Source: Octopus vulgaris
Lineage: Eukaryota
Direction: 5' to 3'
NCBI GenBank assembly: GCA_951406725.2
Contig: OX597815.1
Coordinates: 144,832,001-144,896,000 of the forward strand
DNA: 64,000 nt
Shown in pieces: positions 48,501-61,567 of this stretch. The number at the start of each line of letters is the position of its first letter. The stretch's first letter is position 1. Under the pieces are notes generated by a model. It saw only the letters and a program-made list of their open reading frames with translations, did not search any database and was not told the origin of the DNA. A program made the translations under genes and the position numbers.

Positions 48501-51500
48501 TGTCCTTGGTGGAATTTGAACTCAGAACGTAGCTCCAGATGAAATACAGCTAAGCATTTTGCCCAGCATGCTAATGATTCTGCCTTCAATAATAATAATA
48601 ATAATAATGATAATCTTTTCTACTCTAGGCATAAGCCTTGAAATTTTGGGGAGGGTTCTAGTTGATTATGTTGACCAAGTAATGAACGGGCACTTATTTC
48701 ATTGACCCCCAAAACGATGAAAGGCCAAGTTGACCTCAATGGTATTTTCAATACAGAATATAAAGATGGATGAAATGGTGGTGCTAAGCATTTTGTTGAA
48801 ACATTTTGTCTGTCTTTACATTCTGAGTTCAAATTCTCCTGAGCTTGATTTTGTCTTTCATCATTTTAAAGTTGAAATAAGTACCAGTTAACCACTGGGG
48901 TCAATGCAGTCAACTAACTCCTTCCCCTAAAATATCAGGCCTTGTGCCTATAGTAGGATTATTATTATCATTATTATTGTCATCATTATCATTGTTCTTT
49001 TTTTCTTATTATTATTACTACAACTTTTATTATGCAACACAACAAAAAAATTCTGTTGCGAAAATGCCACAATGTTATTCAATCAATACAACCAAAGAGC
49101 AACCAATATTAATTGCTGCTGACAAATAACCAATAAATTCACTGGAAAATGTTAAGAACATCTGTGACCCAGATGAAGATTCTTCTAAAGATCTATGGTC
49201 AGTGGAAAAAACCCAGTGAAATGTCAACAATTTGGCATCTGGCAGCCAGATATTGAAGAATGTGGCAAATGACCTTGTTATAGACATGTTATAAAGTTAA
49301 CATTCCATAAATAGTAGAAATTAAGGTCATTATTATTAATTAAAATTATGAGCAAACAAATGAGGTTTTATAATATTTTATATTATATAAGATGTAACAG
49401 GATATTTTAAGGAGTAACATTAAAAATTATCAATGGAGTATGCTGAGTTTTGTGTTTCTAAGTTTTTGATAAACAAAACACTGATTAATTTTATAAAATA
49501 ATCACATGGATGCCTAGAATTTAGTTTTATCCTAAAATACTGTTTATTAGTGAAACATTAATTTTGCCTAAAAGATATAGAGATTCTTCTGAGATTAGTC
49601 TTAAAAATTTACTATAGATTTGAATTCTTAGAAATAATTTCATCTTAAAATACTATTTATTAGTGAAACTAATTTTGTTTACACGATAATGGGGATTCTT
49701 CTAAAACTACTCTTAAAAATTTATCCCAGGAGAAATTTGATAAAACAATGGGATTATGATAAATTTATTGATGAGCTATATATATTTATATATCAAGGAA
49801 GTGTATATTTAGTTTGAAAAAATGTAAATGACAAGAAAAAAATGGTTAAACTTATTTGAAAACTATATTTAAAAAAATATATATATGGAAAAAAAAAAAG
49901 CTTATATGATATTAAAATTTTAATGAAAGGATAAAATTTGAACACAAGATAGGTATAGAAGGAGGAGGAGAAATGATATTTTACAGGTTGGCACCTCATG
50001 TTGGATACAAATATGCCAGGAAACTTCAGTAGCCGTAGCGTCGCCAGTGTGATCACCAGCTTGGTGTTGGCCAAAATCCTCTCATCTGCAAGAAACTGAA
50101 TGTCAGCACCAAAACTGAAGTCAACAACCTAAATCTTGCATTCAAAATCCATTTATTCAGAAAAACAATGTCATTCAAATAGCAGTTCATTTGAACTCCA
50201 GAACATAAAAAATAAAACCATTATTTTTACAAATATATATATATATATTTTCCAATTATGTAAAACTGGTTTCTTAAATTTTCTTTCTCTTTTAATTATA
50301 GAATGAAATTATAAAAATAAGAAAAAGGAAAATTTGAAAATGCTTTCACACAATTTTTCACTGTTATTTAAATAAACTGCTATTTTTATATACAACAGGC
50401 AGCAATCATTCACGCCCAATACTATAACTACTATTGACCATAGCATACATGTATTTAACAGAATGGAACAATGAGGACATTTTCAATTTGGGTTGTAGAC
50501 ATATATATATCAACTTTGGGCAGGTCAATATTTGGGAGGAAATGTTGGGGAGTGGGGGAGAGAAAAATTTTTTTTTTTATAGAATTTCACTTGGAACAAA
50601 TTTTTTCTTGTTGCACCAGGTATTTGAAATAATTACCAAGAGATTATTCAGCACAGAGTGTCTATAAATGACCAATTAACATTATATACAACTTAACAAC
50701 TAACGACTTAATTTATATACAATGTCACACGTCCTCAATTTTTAATTTAAAAAATTAGATTTTTACATGAAAAAATCTGTAGGAAAGACATTTTTACAAC
50801 AACTTCAAATGGCTAAATTATTATGGAACTAATTTACTAATAAAATTCCAAGCTAGGAAAAAATTAATACTTTATAATACATTGAGACTGAAATTAATTA
50901 AATCTTAACACCTCAAGACTTTCTAATGTCTATGGCATTGGTGTGAAGAAGTAATTATTCAGTGTAGGCATAAACTTTAGTCAATTTATACTGCAGGGTT
51001 ATATCTCCAGGCAACAAATGAAATGAAATGGTTTTAGATTAAATTCTCATTGAAAGAATTTCAAAAATTAACTACCAAGCAATATATGGCATTGATAGAA
51101 GTAATCAATAAAACAATTATTTTTAAAATTGCTTCCTTGTTTTGGAATAATTCAAAATTTACTGACAGGAATTTTTTTCTTCATATCACAAAAGTCATTT
51201 GATGATGACTAACAAGCTTAAATATATTTCTGTATATTTATACATACTTAAATGCATATATATATATTTATATATATATATATATATAATATTCCAGATA
51301 TGTCAGTTGGTGTGTCTTTTGAAATGACTAAACACATCACCATGGAATAAATAGCAAGATATTTATTCATCATGTCACTTTATATATATAATTAGAATTG
51401 TTTTAGGAAAAAAATATAGTTTTCAGCAGGAAAACTGATAAAAATAAATAAGAAAAAACTTCAAAAAAAAAAAGTAAAAAAGAGTAAAAAAAAAAGTATT

Positions 51501-54500
51501 GTATTTTTTATTTGTTTGCCTAAAGATATGTAACTGCTGCAGCATTGAAAACATAATAAATATTTCGAGTGGAAATGTAACTATATGCACAACTGACTCT
51601 TTCAAGGTAAGAAGAAAAAAAAAGTACGGTAATAAAATTTTAAATTTTACACAAAATTTGGGTGGGAGAAAAAAATTATTAAAAAAATTTCAATTTTGTG
51701 ATTGCTGGAGTAAAAAAATATGCAAAAACATCTTTTTAATATGATTTAAAAATAGTTTTTTTTAAATATACAAATACAAAATTATAAAAGATTCAGTTGT
51801 ACATGCAGTTCACAAATTCACTATACAAACCTTAAACGCATAAAATTTTATTTCAGACCTTACCAAATCGAATTAAAACCACATTACCTGGTGCAACCGT
51901 TATATATAAAAAGCTATGATGTTTGTGTTTCACAGAATGTGTAATGGTAAACCCAAAAGACTGGTTTTATTATGGAAGTAAAAGAAAAAAAGCAAGCAAA
52001 TTGTATAACCATTTTTACAGGAATTCTGATGTGTCCGTCATCTAATAATTTTTATTTTTATTAGTTTTGTACAGAAGATTATTGCTTGTTGATGAAATAA
52101 TCAAATTACAAAAGACACAACAGCAAATAGAAGTTTCAACTAGTTGTAAATATATTGAGAGAGAGCTGCAATATTTTGTTTAAATAATGTTAGCCATATT
52201 ATATTCACACAAATTTAAATACATTAGCCATTATGTAAGTGTAGGGTTATTAAGGCAAGAATAATTGTAGCTCGACAAGGAACAATACATATGTGAGAAG
52301 GAGATGTTACTTTAATTAATTGCACCTAAATGTTAATGAATTATACTAATTGTTATTTTAGAGACTATTTCAAATAAAGATTATTTTTTGGTTTTTCTTT
52401 TTAAAGTTGTTAAACAGAACTAAATTATGAGATTAATCAATACTACCAATCTCAGTACATGACTGGTACTTTGAAGTTGTCCTTGGCAGGATTTAAACTT
52501 GGGACATATAGAGATGAAACAAATACCATGAAGCACTTTTCCCAATGCTCTGATGATCCAACGCTTCAAATAATAATTTTTTTAATGGTACAAGGTTTTA
52601 AGAGGAGGGGGTGTGAGTTGATTACACTGATTCCAGTACTCAACTGGTACTTTATTTTCTAACCCTGAAAGGAAGGCTAGCAAATTTGACCTTGGCAGTA
52701 TTTAAACTTAATAATAATAACAATAATTTCAAATTTTGGCACAAGTCCAGCAATTTTAAGGGCAAGTTGATTACATCGACCCCATTGCTCAACTAGTACT
52801 TGTTTTATTGACCCCGAAAGGATGAAAGGCAAAGTCAAACTTGGCAGAATTTGAAGATAGACAAAATGCCTCTAAGCATTTCGTCCAGTATTCCAACGGT
52901 TCTGCCAGCTTCCCAAATAATAATATTAATTCTTCCTGTACATGAACAACCCCAGAAGGCTAACAAGTAAAATTAACCTCTGCAGGATTTAGACTTGGAA
53001 CTTAAAGGGACACAAATAACACAAGGTACTTTATCTGATATACTACCAATTCTCCATCCATTTTTGAAGCCCCGGAAGGATAAAAGGCAAAGCTGACCTC
53101 AGCGAAATTTTAACATCATCATCGTTTAATGCCCATTTTCCATGCTGGCATGGGTTGGACAGTTTGACAGGTCTGGAAAGCCAATGGCTGCACTAGGCTC
53201 CAGTCTGATCTGGCAAGGTTTCTACAGCTGGATGCCCTTCCTAACACCAACCACTCAGAATGTAGTCAGTGCTTTTTATGTGCCACTGGCACAGGGGCCA
53301 GTCAGGCAGGCCTGGCATCGATCACATTTGGACGGTGCTTTTTATGTGCCACTGGCACAAGAGCCAGTCTGGGGGTACTGGCATCGACCACGTTCAGTTG
53401 GTGCTTTTTATGTGCCACCAGCACGGGAGCCAGTCAGGCAGACCTGGCATTGACCATATTCGGATGGAATGTAAAATATTAGTAATAATAACAATGGCTT
53501 TTTTTTATACATATGAAAAAAGTCAGAGATTTTTAGGGTTGGAAACAGCCTTTCATACTGGTTTCAGATTTTGTCACATGGACAGCAGTTTCGGAGAAGG
53601 GGATAAGTCAATTACCTCAACCCCAGGGCTCAACTGGAACTTATTGGCCCCTAAAGGATGAAAGGCAAAGTCAATTTCTTAAGAATTTTGCCTGGTGTAC
53701 TTACAATTGTGCTAGTTTGTTACCTTAGAATCGTCTATCATAACCGACCTCAGTACTTGACTAGTACCTTATTTCACTGGCTAGTACCTTATTTCATGGG
53801 CTAGTACCGTATTTCATTGGCTACACAATTTTCATTATTTGTGATGTACAGTTAAAGAGGAGCATCTGTTAGTAAAATTCTGTCTCAGATAATCTGCACT
53901 AATCCATACATGTGTGTGTGTGGGAGCAGAAATTTATGGATGGATGCTGTTCCTTAACCTGTATCCAAGTAAGGGATTTCATTCTACAAGTTGTAATGAG
54001 TCTCATTTCACAAGTTGTAACGAGTCAAGTCTGATTTAATCAGAGTATTGGAAGAAGAATTACTACAGCTAAAAGTATTTTTAGACTTGTACAAGTGTTT
54101 ACATAATATCCAAAGCAAACAGTACAAGAATCACTTATTGATTTATTGTATTGGTACAAAGCCACAAATCAACTCCAGCTGTATCTGACTGCTGTTTTAA
54201 TTTTATCAATCCTAGCAGAAAGAAAAGAAGTTTAGTCAACTTTGGCTTTAAATAGATCAAAGAACAAAAATAACATCTCTGCCTTTTTCATGATTGATGA
54301 GAAAAAAAGAGAAAAAGAACATAACTCTAGAGTTGGTGCGACTATTTGCAAACTAAAAGTTATTTAAAATACTATAGCTACTAGTCTGACTACTATTAAT
54401 AATAATAATAATAATATCAAAATTAAAAGAAGAGTGCCATTGTCATCTATTGAACGATATTTCGACATCTCATGTGTCTTCAACAGGTTCAAAAAAATAA

Positions 54501-55455
54501 TTTTATCTACTTCATTTTGGTTAATCTATAAAGGATTAAAAATACAGTATTGGTTGATATCATTTGACAAGGCAAACAGCCAGCTATGTTTTATTTAGAA
54601 TGGTGAATAAGATGGGAGAAAAATATAAATACAAAAAAAAATTGCGTTGTTTTTAGAGTTTTAAATGAACCCTAATAAAATAGTTGCATGCCTTATGATG
54701 TCTCTAAATAGTTTCATATCTTATGTTCAGTGGAGAGATCAATTCAGTAAAATTTACAATATTAACCCTTTTGGTACCAACCCATGTGAGATCACTCCTT
54801 GTTCTTTGATATAAACCTCTTGTTTTAAAATGAGCATATTAAACCCTTCCATTAAAATTTCATGTTAATTCAGGTTTTCCCAAACACTAGCTTAATAATA
54901 TCTTAAGTTGTTTTACTAAATTTTTCATAATTTTCAAAGTTATTTGAAATGGTGTCTTTTAACAGAAATATAATAAAAAATTGTTAAAACAAGAATAATT
55001 CTAACTACATCTTACGACAGCACCCTACTTCCCTACCATCACCACCACCACAAAGTCAGTTCACTGTATTTAAATGGCTAAAATGGAGGACAGATGTAAT
55101 GAAATAAAAAGTGAAACACAAACATCATGGCTGTATGTGTATATATATATGTGTGTCTGTCTGTATGAATGTATAGTGTACATGTATATGTATGCCTGGT
55201 GAGTGCAGGTGTATGCCTGTGAGGCTGTGGGGATCGAAAATTGACACTGATGGAGATTTTGTTTTGTTGCGTAGTTTACAAAAAAAAAAAATTTTTTTTT
55301 TTTAATGTTTAAAAACAGTAAGGTAGCCTCAAGGGGGCTAATGGAGGCAATGAAAGGAATTGGTGAGGGGAGGAAAGGGTCGGCAAAAAGGAAGTCCTGT
55401 ACATACCCAAAGAAAAGGCTGCCATGGACATCACAACGGCCTGCTCATCTGGACT
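42863..55455 (-). CDS. Small two-TM membrane protein, TMEM141-like, 5' end unresolved: [75 protein letters not shown]
   Basis: Four exons with canonical sites and matching phases (55455-55407, 44614-44531, 43389-43307, 42874-42863). Two Gly/Ala-rich hydrophobic stretches are separated by RRFP. Ungapped resemblance to recalled human TMEM141 [28 protein letters not shown]. Family assignment is from memory only. Confidence 0.7.
43307..43389 (-). CDS. TMEM141-like exon ([28 protein letters not shown]), 83 nt
   Basis: minus-strand ttttgtttttcatttAG acceptor, GTATGT donor; phase 1 to 0. Confidence 0.82.
44531..44614 (-). CDS. TMEM141-like exon ([28 protein letters not shown]), 84 nt
   Basis: minus-strand ttcttatcttttAG acceptor, GTAAGT donor; phase 1 to 1. 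Confidence 0.82.
45165..45637. repeat. Compound (TA)n/(TACA)n microsatellite
   Basis: direct reading; explains six spurious ORFs. Confidence 0.97.
53761..53823. repeat. 20-bp tandem repeat x3
   Basis: ctagtaccttatttcactgg / ctagtaccttatttcatggg / ctagtaccgtatttcattgg. Confidence 0.9.
55407..55455 (-). CDS. TMEM141-like exon ([17 protein letters not shown]), 49 nt
   Basis: minus-strand ttgttcttctattacAG acceptor and GTATGT donor; ends phase 1, compatible with 44614 exon. Confidence 0.7.
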
Positions 55456-56586
55456 CTGTAATAGAAGAACAATAAACAATTTTGTTTTCAAATGAATATC
55501 AAGGACATTTTCATCTTTTACATGGTACCACAAGCAATTAAATACCAATTATTTTAATTCTTTTATCTGTTTCAGTTATCTGACTGCGGCCATGCTGGAG
55601 CACCGCCTTTAGTCAAGCAAACCATAACTTGACCCCAGGACTTATTCTTTGTAAGCCTAGTACTTATTCTATCAGTCTATTTTGCCATACCGTGAAGTTA
55701 TGGGGAGGTAAACACACCAACATCAGTTGTCAAGTGATTGGGGGTGGGGGACAAACACTGACACAAACACATATATATATAGGTATATGACAGGCTTCAG
55801 TTTCCATCTACCAAGTTCACCCACAAGGCTCTGGTTGGCCTGAGGCTATAGTAGAAGACTCTTGCCCAAGGTGCCCTGCCCTAAGACTGAACCTGGAACC
55901 ATGCGGTTGGAAAGCAAGCTTCTCATCATACAGCCACGCCTATACATAGATATATAATATACATACACACCCTTGACTCACTTGCTCTCTTTATTCTACT
56001 TTTTTAATAGGAGTATCTACATATCTACTCTACATCAAGACACCTATCTCTGTCTCTCTACATCTTTAATCTCTCGTCAAATGGCACAAAGTCAACCCCT
56101 CACTATTACTCCCTCCTCCCAGCTGAAGGGGGATTTTGTCTTGCTAGTTACTGGACGACCCTGTTGATGTGAGTGCCACATAAAAAGCACCCAACACACT
56201 CTGTAAAGTGACTGGTATTAGGAAGGGCATTCAACCTTAAAAACCATGCCATAAGAGACAATGGAACTTGGTGTGGCTTACTGGCTTTGCAAACTCCTGT
56301 CAAACCATCCAGCCATACAAGCATGGAAAATTGGCGTCAAATAATGACGATGTTGGTGATGTACCCTTGTCTTTACATGATGGTTGTAAGGAAGCACCAT
56401 CATCATACAGTATTGTTCATTTCTCGTTTGCTGGGAAATATGTAAAAGTTAATGACAAGAAAAGCATCCAGTTATAGAAAATCTGCCTCAACAAATTCCA
56501 TCCGACCCATGCCAGCATGGAAAAGTGAACGTTAAACTATGACAATGACACATACACATATGTATGCATATATAAGTAGAAGCACA

Positions 56587-57129
56587 CACGGTGGAATTCT
56601 GGTTTAAGCATCTCATATAACCTCCTCCACAACTATATTTTATTTTGTTTGGAATTCTCAGAAAATTATTTTCGAATTTGTGTTCTACGCACAGGAATTC
56701 ATACATTTATTAAAAAAAGAACTTTGTGTGATTTAAGGTCGATTTAGCTCTTGTTTTTAGTACATCTCTCGACTACCTACCTCGTTTCTTTCTCACTGAC
56801 ATATATTGATGTTTTTCAATATTTTTCTCACTGTAAACATATTTAATTGAATGCTGATGCATCCAAGGATGGTCCACTGCTGGGATTGAAGCACAAAATT
56901 CAAACTACCCATATTTTAAACTGATTTTTTTTAAATTTGAAAAACAGTGGAAATTTTAGGATTTGTAGGGGTGTTAAAAATATTAAAAGCAAAAATTTTT
57001 TTCTTCATTATAATTGTATGAATTCCCTAGTGTCAAATACAGATTCGTAAGAATATTCGGAAAATTTGAAAAAATAAAGTTATGGAGGGGTTATAGGGGT
57101 GGTGGTGCTCAAACCAGAATTCCACCACA
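56587..57129. mobile_element. Non-autonomous DNA transposon with CACGGTG terminus (Transib-like)
   Basis: perfect 16-bp IR ggtggaattctggttt (56590-56605) / aaaccagaattccacc (57111-57126), with ~130 bp of weaker subterminal symmetry. Confidence 0.65.
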
Positions 57130-57479
57130 CACACGTAATATGTTCACACACACACACGTGTTTATAAATATGTAACAAAAAAGTTATATAAACATATACA
57201 TATAGGCATATAGACACACACACACACGTGTACTAACAAAAACATTATATATGCACATTCAGTCTCCACATTGCAGCACAGACAAACACACCTACACACA
57301 GAGGTATGTCTATATGCAGGCATTCAAACACTAACGTGCAGAGAAAAGTAGTTCTCCAGGGCTGCATAAATTATCAATAGCTGCTTGCTGCAGTAATACA
57401 TAGCAGCAGTTATATTGCACATGTAGATGCAAGTGGCAAGTCTCACTCTCCAATACACAGTGTGTGTATGTGTGTCTAT

Positions 57480-58290
57480 ACACACACATGCAGAAACAGA
57501 CACATACACACGCATATGCAGAAACAGACACATACACACACATATGCAGAAACAGACACACGCATATGCAGAAACAGACACATACACACACATATGCAGA
57601 AACAGACACATACACACACATATGCAGAAACAGACACATACACACACATATGCAGAAACAGACACATACACACACATATGCAGAAACAGACACATACACA
57701 CATATGCAGAAACAGACACATACACACATATGCAGAAACAGACACACATATATGCAGAAACAGACACACACATATGCAGAAACAGACACACACATATGCA
57801 GAAACAGACACATACACACACATATGCAGAAACAGACACATACACACACATATGCAGAAACAGACACATACACACACACACATACACACACATATGTAGA
57901 AACAGACACACACACACACACACATAAGCAGAAACAGACACATACACACACATATGCAGAAACAGACACATACACACACATATGTAGAAACAGACACACA
58001 CACACATAAGCAGAAACAGACACATACACACACATATGTAGAAACAGACACACACACACACATAAGCAGACACATACACACACATATGTAGAAACAGACA
58101 CACACACACACACACACACATAAGCAGAAACAGACACAGACACATACACACACATATGCAGAAACAGACACAGACAAACATATGCAGAAACAGACACGTA
58201 TACACACAAGCAGAAACAGACATATACACACACAAGCAGAAACAGATATACACACACACACACAGACAAGCAAACATAGACATATACATG
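57480..58290. repeat. CA-rich minisatellite, 22-28-bp unit catatgcagaaacagacacatacacaca
   Basis: about 30 tandem units with variable CA count; explains the CV/HT-rich ORFs. Confidence 0.96.
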
Positions 58291-59363
58291 CTATCTTTTA
58301 GATTGTGATAATATTTGAAACATGGAGAAATATTAATAGTACCGAATGAAATAAATTTGTTAGATTAAGAAAACAACAAATAGGTTTTTTCAAAAACAAA
58401 TTTTATTCAACATTTGTCCAAAGCTGGAATGTCAGAAACATGTTAATAGAGATGAAGAATTTACAATCAGACATGTTAGTAGGAATGAAGAATTTATAAT
58501 CACATTATCTATGGACACAGAATTATATTCTCTCTCTACTCACGCATATCTAGCCAAACACATAAGACTGTGCGTGTGTAAGTGTGTATATATACACACA
58601 CACACTCAATATTCTCTCTCTCTCTCTACATTATATATATATACACACACACACACACAATTATATTCTGTCTATGTCTACTGTGTACAAACAAACATAC
58701 TTATACACACGCAATCTTTGTGAGTGTATACTTTTATATATATATTCATTCCAGGAGACGCAAAGCTCAAAAAAGCTGAGTCCGGTCACTTAGAAGAAGG
58801 AATTTGAAGATAGCTAACGGCTGTTATAATGTATATGCGTGTGGACGCATACACACACATTTTTTAAATGCGATCTGATGGTTTCACTAACAATGAAATC
58901 CCGTCATCTATGTAACTCTACACTTCCCTTCTACCAATACAATAAAACAATTTTATATACAATTAAGATTAATACCAAATCGTGATGATAGTTGGTTTGT
59001 TTTCCACTGTCACCATTAAGACGCCATTAACAAATTCTCTGTAAATCACGTAAATGGCTTTAACCCTAATATCCTGTTCCTTTACAATCATTAATAAGAA
59101 ACACTTAAGTGAAAAGACCATTCCTTCTTGTTCAGAGCGAATGGGAAAGGTCTTGAACATCTTGTAATGAGGCACTTAATAGTGTGTATTTGTATTCAAC
59201 GCAGAACGGACAAGCAGCCATTTGTGTTCATACTGCCTTACATGTAAATCTTGTCACTTGTTTAAACTGTGACATGAATAACAAAAGACAGACACACTGC
59301 TAAACTTTGAACACACTAATAAAGAAATACGTTAAGACTTGGAATTTGTATTTAATCCTTTAT

Positions 59364-59398
<35 letters not shown>

Positions 59399-59492
59399 TA
59401 TAAATGAATATAGACACATACATATATACGTGAGTGTGTGGTATATATGTATGTGTCTATATACATGTGTGTATATATGTGTGTGTGTGTGG

Positions 59493-59523
<31 letters not shown>

Positions 59524-60287
59524 TTGTCATCCCCACCATCGCTTGACAACCGATGTTGGCGAGTTTATGTCCCTGTAACTTAGCAGTTCAGCAAAACAGA
59601 CCGCTAGAATAAGTACTAGGTTTACAAAAAATAAGTCCTGGGGTCGAAATCTTCGACTAAAGGCGGTGCTCCAGCATGGCTGCAGTCAAATGACGGAAAC
59701 AAATAAAATAATATATATATATAGACAGAATACGTGTCTTTTAACTCGGACCATTTTCAGAGACCTCAGTTACAGAATATTTCACTTATGCTTGCTATTG
59801 TTGTTTAGCCACAGGCCAACCATTAATTATCAGACAGACCTATGATCATAAGTGCCCCAACTATGACACACCTTATATCTAGAACTACATTATTCAATGT
59901 GTCCTTCCCAGTGACATTACGATGTGATGTCAGAAAGATTTAGTTGCTACTTCTAGCAGGCAACAGCACTCACTATACAACAGGAACCACTCATGTTGTA
60001 TGTTCCAGATTCCAGCAGTCTTGTAATGGTGCTACCAGTAATCAATACCAACAATCTCACTTATTTTTCTCTTCCTGCTATTTGAATATGTTTGACCATT
60101 TTAATGCTATTTATGCACATATAATTATTCCTTATTTTACCATTTTGGCATCCACAACTCAAAAACAGGCCAGAACTAGAATTAAATTTAATATTCATTA
60201 ATATCAATTAATATATATATATATATACTACGCAATGTAAATAATGTGAAAAAAATGTCGAAGACAGCTACATAAACAACATAATCT

Positions 60288-60346
<59 letters not shown>

Positions 60347-61281
60347 CGGGAAGCTTTATGAAAATAGACAAAAGACGAAGGCAGGTGGAAAACAAATACT
60401 TATTTTATAGAAGGAGCTTCTACAGGACTATAAAATAAATTAATTTACTCTGCCATGTATTGAGTACCTTACTTACTGTGGTTAACCCCGACTCAACCCG
60501 GGACCTACAAATATATATATATATACACATTATTGTATGCACACATACATATATACACGTACGCACATATTATCATATACGTGCACACACTTAATCAAGG
60601 AAGGTTGCCGACATTTATTATCAATATTGTATTCCAAAATAGGAGGTCGATCGATTGGCAGAAATAAGAAGGCGGACCAAATTATTTTGCGGTATTTCTA
60701 CCGTCTCAATGCATCTTGCCTAGATAAACTTAACCTCTTATCTTTAAATATCGATAAAAACCCAGCCAAGTGCAGCGACTGATTCCTCTATCTGTCTCCT
60801 CTATGAGAAAGGCGTTGGGGGGAAGGCAATCACTCACAGCGTTCTTCTACCATTTCTCCCAAGACAAACCACTTCCACTCCCTGGCAGATAGAGGTTCTG
60901 GTTATAATTATGATAATGATGATTAACTTTTTCCTTTGTATTTATGTTTATGCTTTATGTTTTCCAGTTTCAGCTCTTGAGTTGTGGCCATGCTGGGGCA
61001 CCGCCAGTTCTCTATTTTTTAAAAAATTGTAATTTTATGATTTTATATACAATTTTGAATTTTTATACAATAAAATTGAATTTACCACAGATTACAGATT
61101 TTGGAAATTACAATAAAAAAGGAATTTACTGAAATATGCAAAAAAAAAAAAAAAAAGCCCCACCTGTCTTTGTGTGCATATATAAATACACACATATATT
61201 TATAGACTACTATGCGTGGAATTTCTCTTAACTAGGTGCGGAAATTTCCGTAACCAACTTAAACAGATTGAGGGCTACTAC

Positions 61282-61334
<53 letters not shown>

Positions 61335-61395
61335 CATACACGTTTATCTTATTAACCTCAAATGAGTGTGTGTGTGTCTAATCAATCAATCTATC

Positions 61396-61567
61396 TATTC
61401 TGTTGTGTCTGGGGAGGAGAGTCAGTTTCTTTTTGTGCCTTATAATTTAACACACTCACCGGTAAAATTTCCACTTAGGGTTAGGGTTAAGAGGAAATTT
61501 TATCTGGTGAGTGTGTTAAATTATAAGACACAAAAAGAAAATGACTCTCCCCAGACACAACAGAATA
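61396..61567. mobile_element. Foldback/MITE with (TTAGGG)2 at the loop
   Basis: ~80-bp inverted arms tattctgttgtgtctgggga...aaatttcc / ggaaattt...tccccagacacaacagaata; TTAGGG at 61475-61486; related right arm at ~18458-18575. Confidence 0.8.

Noticed and set aside
49060-49295. Protein-like plus-strand stretch ([21 protein letters not shown]...)
   Set aside because: Interrupted by stops, no splice signals, no family recognised
49985-50130. Known snRNA, snoRNA, RNase P/MRP, SECIS or hammerhead
   Set aside because: No canonical C/D, H box, Sm site, CR-I/CR-V or CUGAUGA+GAAA arrangement on either strand; kept as an unclassified structured element
57324-58289. Cys/Val-rich ORFs up to 321 aa resembling metallothionein or keratin-associated proteins
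   Set aside because: Translations of a CA-rich minisatellite, open in all six frames
60838-60853. First exon ATG GTA GAA GAA CGC T|GTGAGT (minus strand)
   Set aside because: Good donor, but it ends in phase 1 whereas the 55455 exon starts in phase 0; would need an unseen intermediate exon
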